NCBI GenBank assembly: GCA_964475035.1
Contig: CAYYVB010000001.1
Span: 7,573 to 71,572, forward strand
Direction of reading: 5' to 3'
Source: an uncultured Opitutaceae bacterium
Lineage (GTDB): Bacteria; Verrucomicrobiota; Verrucomicrobiia; Opitutales; Opitutaceae
Length of the DNA: 64,000 bases
This document shows, piece after piece, positions 37,970 through 46,000 of this stretch. The notes beneath the pieces are model-generated. The model did not search any database and was not told where the DNA came from. It was given only the letters and a program-made list of their open reading frames with translations. Position 1 is the stretch's first letter; every line of letters begins with the position of its first letter. The position numbers and the translations under genes are program-made.

Positions 37970-38308
37970 ATGAACGCCAACAAAACTACATCGTTCGTGG
38001 AGAGTATCTCTGATTCGGAGATCCATGTTGTGTGCCGCAGTGAAAGCGCGGTTCAGCAAGTTAAGTCTCTAGGCGGAAAGCGAACGCTGCTATCTTCGGA
38101 AAAATGGAAACTTCGCTACGATTCCGACGCGGTGCTAGCGGCTCACCTCTCCGTTTTACGCGACGCGGAGATTGCGATGGCTGGCGCGTTGGGTGGTTGG
38201 CCACCAGCTGCGGTCTTTGAACGACTAAGAGAGCAAGGAATGCTTAGCGGAAAGTTTGTTGAAATTATGTGGAAACGACCGGGGGAGACTGTGACCGCAG
38301 AGAAATAA
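37970..38308 (+). CDS. Putative cognate immunity protein
   Basis: 112-aa ORF starting right after the toxin stop, with the same lowered GC. Confidence 0.65.
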   Translation: MNANKTTSFVESISDSEIHVVCRSESAVQQVKSLGGKRTLLSSEKWKLRYDSDAVLAAHLSVLRDAEIAMAGALGGWPPAAVFERLREQGMLSGKFVEIMWKRPGETVTAEK

Positions 38309-38518
38309 GCGGTTCGCAATGTCCTCAAAGCCGAGCCGAAGACGTCAGACCTCGACAATTGACAAGACGCCCCCGGTTCATGGTTCGCCGCGTTAATACA
38401 AACATGATCCAAGCGGCACAGGTCACGCCGGCCAGCGCCCCGGGCGGCGCAGTCCGTCATGCCCTCTGCTTGCTCCCTCGCGTGCGCTCGGTCCGCTGGA
38501 GTGTAGCCCCGCCGGGCC

Positions 38519-38916
38519 GTAAGTGTCCGACCGGCGTCCTCCTAGGCGCGGCAGGCTGAGCGCAGTAGAGTGGCGTGATGGGAACGATTGTTGCTGAGGT
38601 CATCGACACGGGGAAACGCGATGTGAGTGGGCGACGCCGGGTATCGGCGGTGCAGCGCTGGGACTACGTCCAGGCGTATCGCGGGAGCGGCATGAGCCAG
38701 CGGGCGTTCGCGAGGCGCGAGGGTTTACGCTACTCGACGTTTTGCCACTGGGTGCAAAAGGCTGACCGGGGCGAGTTGCGTATGCCGTGCGTGACGCCGG
38801 CGCGAGAAGGCGCGATTCAGTTCGCTCAGGTGCAGTTGCCGGCGTCGGCGGCGGAGAGCCGCTCCGCGAATCTGGCCGTGGAGTTGGGCGACGGGGTGGT
38901 CGTGCGTGGTGACGAC
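38519..38916 (+). mobile_element. tnpA: IS66-family left end and truncated accessory tnpA
   Basis: GTAAGTGTCC terminus at 38519; ORF from 38575 with YRGSGMSQRAFARREGL.YSTF..W; cut at 38917. Confidence 0.7.
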
Positions 38917-38969
38917 TGTCAACGAGCAGATAAAATTGACCCACTAACGAGCATGTAAATTGACCCACC
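38917..38969 (-). repeat. IS21-family right end with two tandem transposase-binding repeats
   Basis: Terminal TGTC, then AACGAGCAGATAAAATTGACCCAC and AACGAGCATGTAAATTGACCCAC. Confidence 0.8.
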
Positions 38970-39006
38970 CCCGACAAAAAAAGGAGTGGATGAGGGTGCT
39001 GGGCGG

Positions 39007-39565
39007 TTAGTCCTTGGGTTTGGTTTTTCCCGCGGGAGCGGGATTGGTGAGGAGTGGATCGGTGGCGCCGGCTTGGCGGCGTTCGCGCAGGCGGTAGGAA
39101 TCGCCGCGGATGTTGACGACGGTCGCTTTGTGGAGAAGCCGGTCGAGGGCGGCGCCAGCCATGACGGCGTCGCCGGCGAAGACGTGAGCCCACTCGGCGA
39201 AGGGTTTGTTGGAGGTGAGCACCACGCTGCCGCCGGTGTCGTAGCGCTGGCTGATGACTTGGAAGAGCAACGAGGCCTGCGTCGGTTCGAGCGCGAGGTA
39301 GCCGACTTCGTCGAGGATGAGCAGCTTGGGCCGGGTGAAGTTGTGCAGTTCGCGGTGGAGGCGGTTCTCGGCCAGGGCGAGCGAGAGTTTGCGGGCGGCC
39401 TCGACGGCGCTGGCGAAGTAAACGCGGTGGCCCATCTCCGCGCAGGCCACGCCGAGGCCGATGGCGAGGTGAGTTTTGCCGACGCCGGGTGGACCGAGCA
39501 GCACGACGTTGCGGCCTTCGGCGAGGTAGCGGCCGGTGGCGAGTTCGTCGATGAGTGCCCTCTCG
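39007..39565 (-). pseudogene. istB: IS21 IstB ATPase, 5'-truncated; istA absent
   Basis: NVVLLGPPGVGKTHLA, LLILDEVGY, LTSNKPF.EW, LDRLLH, GDSYRLR. Confidence 0.9.
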
Positions 39566-39815
39566 CGGGCCGCAAGCGGCCCGTTTCGTCCAGCGGCTCG
39601 CCCGCGCAAGCGCGGCCTCGTGGGGGCCGCATGGCCCCCATCTTCGCGAAACCGTGGGCTCGCCCCGAGGGTCGGGGCGTCTGTCTAGCCCACGGTTCCC
39701 CATCGGGTCGAAATGCCCGCCAAGGCAGGGAAGGCGGGCACGCCTGCGCGGACGGCTTGGCGGCTGCACTCCGCTTTGGGGCTCCGTTCCGCCGCCAGGC
39801 CGAATGCTCCGGTTG
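39560..39815. other. Dense multi-hairpin non-coding segment
   Basis: cgggccg-caag-cggcccg; ccgcg-caag-cgcgg; aaccgtgggct..agcccacggtt enclosing cgccccga..tcggggcg; tgcccgcc..ggcgggca. Confidence 0.5.
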
Positions 39816-39818
39816 GGA

Positions 39819-40880
39819 TTACACCGAGGGATCATTCCACTCGAATGAAGGGGCGGCGTGGCGGCCTGCGGCATCGCCGGGGATGGGAAGCTGCACCATG
39901 GTGCGCGCGATGGCGGGCAGACCGTGCATGCCGTTCATGATGGCGGTGTAGAAGACGGCCGGGTTGCCGCCGAAGCCCTCTTCGAGCTGCGCGAGCATGA
40001 GGGAGTAGATGAAGTTGAACTTGTCGTTCAGTGCCGTGAGCTGGGCGTCGCCGCAGAAATCGGCGGCTTTGCAATCGGGCTTGAGCGGGTAGACCGCGTT
40101 GTAGTCGACCGGCAGGGGCGCGCCGGAGGGCGCATCGTGAATGTGGTCGGTGGGGCGATAGCGGCGGCCGACGTAGATTTCGTTGAAGCGGAAGTAGTGG
40201 GCGACTTCCTCCGGTTGGCCGAAGAAGTGCCGGTCGTCATCGAGAATCGTGCCGTCGGCGCCTTCACCTTGGTCGCAGATCACGTCGATCGCCTTGTTGG
40301 CGGATGCAAGATCGACGACCTTGATCGGCCGGCCGCCGCCGCTCCAGTAATACTCTTCCGAGACCTGACGCTTCCGATCACCGCAAAAGACGGCCTTTTC
40401 GCCGTGCTCCCGGCAGAGGTGGGCGAGGTCGTCTTTGATGCCGGCGTAGAATTCCCCGATGGTGAAGCCCGGCACGGCGATCTCGGGCGTTTTGAGCGCG
40501 CCGGGAGCGGGCGGGAAGTTGGCGGGCAGCTCGATTTGCAAGAAGGTGAGCAGGGTCTCGGACGAGAAGCGCGCGAGGTGGATGTCCACCTCGCGGTCGT
40601 GAAAGGGGGCGCCATCGAACTCGAGGCGCAACGGATAGACCGGGATATGGTCGCGGCCCAGTTTCGCGCGGCCATCGACGGCGGCGAGCAGGTTCGCGGC
40701 GAGCGTCATGTGCAGCATCTCCTCCATGAAGACGCTGCGGATGATGGCGGCGGCCTCGGTGTTCTTGCCGGGGTGGAGGCTGAAGTTGGCGGTGAGATAG
40801 GGCGGGATGGTAGAGAGTTCCAACTCGAGGGCTTTCTGGAGCTTGGCGTGGAGACGGCGTCGTTCTTTTTCGAGGCTCAT
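39819..40880 (-). CDS. Ferritin-like domain protein (family related to the VioB/RebD ferritin-like domain)
   Basis: ALELELSTIPPYLTA, EEMLHMTLAANLL, FLQIE, TIGEFY, QGEG, AHYFRF. Confidence 0.85.
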   Translation of the reverse strand: MSLEKERRRLHAKLQKALELELSTIPPYLTANFSLHPGKNTEAAAIIRSVFMEEMLHMTLAANLLAAVDGRAKLGRDHIPVYPLRLEFDGAPFHDREVDIHLARFSSETLLTFLQIELPANFPPAPGALKTPEIAVPGFTIGEFYAGIKDDLAHLCREHGEKAVFCGDRKRQVSEEYYWSGGGRPIKVVDLASANKAIDVICDQGEGADGTILDDDRHFFGQPEEVAHYFRFNEIYVGRRYRPTDHIHDAPSGAPLPVDYNAVYPLKPDCKAADFCGDAQLTALNDKFNFIYSLMLAQLEEGFGGNPAVFYTAIMNGMHGLPAIARTMVQLPIPGDAAGRHAAPSFEWNDPSV

Positions 40881-40922
40881 GGGACGGAAGCGATTTCGGA
40901 GGGTGAGCGCGAATGGGCGTTA

Positions 40923-42515
40923 TCAGGGCCGGCGGCCGAGGAAGTCGCCGAGGCGCAGGGCGAGCGCGGTGAGGGTGAGCGTGGGGTTGACCGCGCTGAG
41001 GGTGGAGAACGCGGCGTTGGAGCAGACGTAGACGTTGTCGACGCCGTGGATGCGCATGTCGGCGTCGACGACGCCGAGGCGCGGGTCGGCGCTCATCCGC
41101 GTGCTGCAGGAGGCGTGGTGGGCGCCCCACGAAACATTGGCGGTGACGTCGCCTTTCGTGCCCATGGCGCGGAAGATCTCCTTCACCTTCTTCTCCACGG
41201 CGGCGAGTTGCCGGCGGATGATGGGGTCGGTGTCGAAGTGGATGGTGGTCTCGATCATGCCGAGGTGGCTGAGTTTGTCGTAATTCGTCACGCGGTTCTC
41301 GTGCCGGCTGAAGACTTCGAACATGGCGTTGAACTGGATGGGGATTGCCCCGCGGACCATGCGTTCGATCTCGGGGCGCGTCTTGCCCAGCTGCATGGCG
41401 GCGGCGAGGTTGACGAGCGGCGAGGTCGGCGGGTTGAAGAGCAGGTATTTGCCCTTGGGTTGTTCGCGGCGGTTGTCGTAGTGGCGCGAGACGAGCGTGG
41501 GGAACGCCATCTCGGGCTGCAGCTTCAACGGATTCGAGGGCAGTGTCGTGGTGTAGGTGAGCCACGGGTGCGTGACGATGTAGCGGCCGACGAGGTCGTG
41601 CTGGTTGCCCAAGCCGTTCTTCCAATGCGAAGAGACGGAGCGCAGGAGGAGTTTGGGCGACTCGATGGTGCCGGAGGCGACGATGACGTTCTTCGCCTCG
41701 ACGACGACGTAGGCACCGGTGTTGCGATCGAGGTAGCGCACGCCGCGGGCGCGGGACTTCGAGCGCATCAGGATGCTCTCGACCACGGCGTTGGTGCGGA
41801 CTTCGAGGTTGGGGTAGCCGTCGCGCATGCGCAGGTGGTCGAGGACGTTGGCGGCGTTGTAGCGCGCGCCGAACGGACAATACAGGCAGGTGCCCGTCGT
41901 CTGGCACGGCGCGTAAGGCGAGGTCGTGTCGGCCATGCCGTGGCGCGCGATGGGCAGGTGCGAGTAGCCGATGCCGAGCCGGTCGAAGGCCTGGATCGCG
42001 AGCGTGTCTTCCAACGAATAGGGAAACGCGCGGAACGGATACGGCTTGGAGCGCGGCACGATCGTGTCGTGCGAATCGCCGGAGACGCCGAGGTGGTCCT
42101 CGGCCTGGCAGTAGTAGGGCTCGAGGTCGTCGTAATTAAGCGGCCAGTCGATGCCCTCGCCGGTGTTGGAGTAGAGGTGGAAATCCTCGGGCTTGAAGCG
42201 GAACGAGTAGCCGTCCCAGTGGACGGTGGTGCCGCCATACATCATGAGGCGAGCGCCTTGCAGCTCCATCTGCGCGTTGCCGGTGAAATGGTTTTCGCCG
42301 GGATGCCCGCGCGTCGGCGCGGGCAGGTCGTAGTAGAGCTGGTAGGGCAGGCTGCCGTTGACGACGTAGTTTTGGTAGAGCGCGAAGTCGCGCATCTTGA
42401 CCTTGCCGCCGGCCTCGAGAACGAGGATCGACGCGGTGCGGTCGTGGGCGAGGAGGCGCGAGGCGAGTGCGACGGCGGCGACGCCGGAGCCGACGATGAG
42501 GGTGTCAACGCGCAT
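40923..42515 (-). CDS. GMC-family FAD oxidoreductase with putative Fe-S Cys motif
   Basis: LIVGSGVAA, VLEAG, GGTTVHW, WPLNYDDLEPYY..AE..LGV, CQTTGTCLYCP, ESPKLLLRS, HHASCSTRM, NPTLT. Confidence 0.92.
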   Translation of the reverse strand: MRVDTLIVGSGVAAVALASRLLAHDRTASILVLEAGGKVKMRDFALYQNYVVNGSLPYQLYYDLPAPTRGHPGENHFTGNAQMELQGARLMMYGGTTVHWDGYSFRFKPEDFHLYSNTGEGIDWPLNYDDLEPYYCQAEDHLGVSGDSHDTIVPRSKPYPFRAFPYSLEDTLAIQAFDRLGIGYSHLPIARHGMADTTSPYAPCQTTGTCLYCPFGARYNAANVLDHLRMRDGYPNLEVRTNAVVESILMRSKSRARGVRYLDRNTGAYVVVEAKNVIVASGTIESPKLLLRSVSSHWKNGLGNQHDLVGRYIVTHPWLTYTTTLPSNPLKLQPEMAFPTLVSRHYDNRREQPKGKYLLFNPPTSPLVNLAAAMQLGKTRPEIERMVRGAIPIQFNAMFEVFSRHENRVTNYDKLSHLGMIETTIHFDTDPIIRRQLAAVEKKVKEIFRAMGTKGDVTANVSWGAHHASCSTRMSADPRLGVVDADMRIHGVDNVYVCSNAAFSTLSAVNPTLTLTALALRLGDFLGRRP

Positions 42516-43008
42516 GGGGAGAGCGTCCTTTCCGCGGTTGGTATTTCCGGTAGGGCGTGTGGCCAGGGAGGTTGGCGCCGGCGATGAAGCCGAGGTAGTT
42601 CTTCGCGCCGCCAAAGGCCTTGAAGCCGCCGAGCGCGAGCTGGAGCGCGACGAATTCGTTCGAGACGAGCTGACGCGCGCGAGCCATGCGCGTGGTGGGC
42701 GGCGCGAGGTTGGCCTGCGGGTCGGTGAACAATTTCCGATAGCCGGCGGGGTCGCCGTAGTCGGCGACGAGTTCGGCGATGACGGCGGCGGCATTCCGAT
42801 ACTCGTCGACGTAACCGGGGTTGAGCTGGATGCGGTTGCCGAGGAAGACGACGAAGTTCGACTTCATGCGCTCGGGCCGATCCACGTTGCGCCAGAAACG
42901 GCCGATCTCGACGAAGAGCCGCCACATGGCGTCCATCGTTGCGGGATCGAGCGGGGCCTCCTGATGCTGGCGCGCGGAGGTGCGCGCCTCGAGGTGGTAG
43001 TTTGCCAT
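42505..43008 (-). CDS. Small hypothetical protein, possible partner subunit of the GMC enzyme
   Basis: 167 aa, overlaps the GMC start; C-terminal GGFKAFGGAKNYLGF; no signal peptide. Confidence 0.65.
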   Translation of the reverse strand: MANYHLEARTSARQHQEAPLDPATMDAMWRLFVEIGRFWRNVDRPERMKSNFVVFLGNRIQLNPGYVDEYRNAAAVIAELVADYGDPAGYRKLFTDPQANLAPPTTRMARARQLVSNEFVALQLALGGFKAFGGAKNYLGFIAGANLPGHTPYRKYQPRKGRSPHAR

Positions 43009-43062
43009 GGGGTGCGGTGTCGCGCGCCGGTGGCCCGGCCGGCGCGCGAGCGGGGCGGGGGG

Positions 43063-46000
43063 TTACTTCTGCGCCGGCCCCGGGAGATAGTAAGGGCGGC
43101 GCATGATGTAGTTCTGGTGGAAATCGAACATCGCGATGAAGAATTCAGACCAACCGCCCATGCGAACGCGCACGAGATCGTAGCGCTCAGGCAGGTCGGC
43201 CGCCTGCTGGTAGGTGTCTGTGTCGGCGCAGGTGATGGTGATCATGTTCGAGCCGAGCTTGCCGTGGGAGAAGTCGGAGATGAGCTGCGCGAGGCGCTCG
43301 AGCGGGAAATCCTCGGGGATATTGAGGTCGCTCGGCGCGGCGTTGGCGATGCCGTGGCAGATGGAGCGGAGGTTCCAGTCGCGCAACGAGACGAAGGCGT
43401 CGCTCGCCTGCGGGTTGAGCGGGAGGTCGTCCGGCCACGGCGTGGCGGTGAAGTCGGCGGCGAAGGGCTGGCCGTTGAGGCGGCCCTCGGCGGTGGCGCC
43501 CTGCCCCATGCCGAGGCCGACGTTGTCCTCGAAGGTGCCGACGCCGGGCGTGACGGTGAACGCGAAGGGCCGCTCGGGCGTGCCGTATTTCTGCTTCAGG
43601 CCGTCGTAGGCTTCCTGGATGCCGGGCAGCGGGTGCTTGAGACCGTCGTGGATGACACGGACGAGGTTGGCGACGACCTCGCCGGCGAAGGCGGTGAGCT
43701 TCGGGTCGGCGCCGGTGCCGAATTTTGGCACGGCGAGGGCGGCCTCGCGGAGTTGCTGGAAGAAGAGGGCGTCTTCCGAACGGCGCAGCGCACCTTCGAT
43801 GGTCGAGTAGTAAGGCTCGATCATGTCATTGCCCCAATTGCACTGGAGGCAGCGCAACAACTGGGGCAGCGAGCAGCGCGCGGTGGCGGGGTCGTAGACG
43901 AGGTGCTTGATGGCCCAGAGCGAATTGATGGCATTGGTGATGCCGCACATCATCGGGGCGACGAAGTGGTAGCGCGCGCCGCCGTCGGTGAGATCGCGGC
44001 CGGACTCGAGCGTGTCGTCGAGGAACGCGGAGAACAGCGGGCTCGGGCAGTAGTTGGCGAGCGCACCGTAGTTGTGCATGAGCGAGTTGTAGAAACCGCT
44101 GATGGCCCACTTCCAGTGGGTGTAAAAGATCTCCATGAACTGCTCGAAACTGGCGATGCGGTCCGGCGACGGGGAGTTCCACGAGTTCTTGAGGCCGCGC
44201 AGGTTGATGGGGCCGGCACCCTGGATGTTACAACCCTGGTTCATGGCGTAGTCGATCATGGGCACGACGGTGACGTAACAGAACGCCCACTCGGTTTTGC
44301 CCACGAGCACGGGCTCGTAGCAGCCGTCGCAGGTGTAGTCGCGCGCGTCCTCGAGACGCACGGGGCCGCAGTCGGCGAGTGCGGGAACGAGCTTGTCGTC
44401 GTTGAGGAGGATCGGGTGCGCGCCGCCACTGAGGAGCGCTTTGGCCGCCTCGGTGAACAGCTCCGGCTTCATCTTCTGGTGCACGCGCAACGAGAGACAC
44501 GGGGCGTTGAGGGGCAGACGGCGCGCGGAGCGCAGGCACATCAGCGTGATGGCGTTCGAGGCATCCTCGGGCTCGCCGGCGGCGTTGGCCTTGTAGCCGC
44601 CGACCGTGACTTGTTGCACCCATTGGTTGATCGCGGCGCCCTGCGGGAAGTTGCCCGCGGAGTAGAAGACGGCGCCGGTGCCGTAATTCAGGTAGTCGTT
44701 CAGGTTCTCGTAATTGTAGAGCACCGTCTCGTCCATTTTCAGCCAGAAGGCGTCGATCAACTCCTGCGCGGCTGCGAGGGTGAGCGCGCCGCGGGCCAGA
44801 TCGGCTTCGAGGAGGCCGATGAGCTGCTGGTCGAGGCGGCCGATGGAGTGCGGTTCGCCGGTCTGGTGGAACGCGCAGTTGGTGATGTAGACGAGTTGGA
44901 GGCCCTCGTTAAAAGTCGCGGGCTTCTCGTGCGCGAGCCGCTGCATGCGCGCGGCGATGTCACGGAGGTTGGCGCGCTCGGACGGAGGATACTGCTCGTC
45001 GTGCGCCATGCGCGTGGCGAGCGCGGCATAGGCCTCGATGAATTTCGAGAGACCGTCGAGTGCCCACACCACGGATTGGTAGAAGTCACGCGTGTCAGCG
45101 GCGGCGGTGGCGAGCTTGGCGGCGAACGCGGCGGCGACGCCGTCGATGCCCTGTGCAAGCAGCAGCGGATAACCGGGAGCGTTGTGGCCGGTCGCGGAGT
45201 ATTCGTTAAGGGTGCCGAAGAAGCCGGCGATCTTCTCGTCCTCGCTCAGGTATTCCATGACCTGGTTGCCTATGCCGAGGGAGAGTTGGGGCATGTTGCC
45301 GACGATCAGCTCGCGGGCGTCGATCAGCATGAGGTTGGCGCGGCGGCTGTATTCTGGGCTGACGAGGACTTGCGCGAGGCTGAGTTGGATGGCCTTGCCC
45401 TTGCGCAGCGCGATGGAAGCGGTGAGCAGGTGTTTCTCGTCGGACGCAAGATAGTCGCGCAGGTGACCGAGCGGGGGCGTTTCGCGCGGCTTGAACCAGG
45501 TGTCCTGCCAACGGGAGAACTGCTTGTTGATGAGGATCAGGATGCGGTCGGAGAGCGGACAATCCTCGGTGAGTTTGGAGGTGCGGACCTTGTGCTGATA
45601 ATCCCGCGCATTGTAGAACATGTAGCCGTTCTTGCTGCGGTAGTTGAAATATTCGTTCATGGTGATCTCGCCCGACGCGGGGCAGGGATCGAGTCCGCAT
45701 TGCAGGCGGCTGGGCACGAACCAATAGGAGCCATGGTGACTGCGGGTGGCCGAGAACAGGCTGTCTTGGATGAAACCCTTCTGGCTGCCGGCGATCCCGT
45801 CGAGGATGCGATCGATGGCGTGCGTCGCCTTCACGTAACCGGCGAAGAAGACGCCCTCCTCGTTGGCCTTGTTGTCGGTTTTGTGGCCGTAGGGCAGGGC
45901 TTGGCGGACGATGCGGAAGTTGATGCGCTGGCCGTCGAGCTGGCGCACGCGCTTGATGTGGCTCGACTCGTCGTCCATGGGGACGAGGCGGTCCTTGTGG

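Noticed and set aside
38917-38969. Tandem ~24-bp repeats as a CRISPR array
   Set aside because: Only two copies, no spacer, no cas genes; they match IS21 end organisation. No CRISPR array, tRNA or rRNA was recognised in the window.
41870-41910. CQTTGTCLYC as a radical-SAM activase motif
   Set aside because: Spacing is Cx5Cx2C inside a GMC fold, not CxxxCxxC in a radical-SAM barrel.
43063-45400. Calling the GRE domain pyruvate formate-lyase (pflB)
   Set aside because: It lacks the adjacent Cys-Cys pair and has a GCxE motif; the substrate is unknown.
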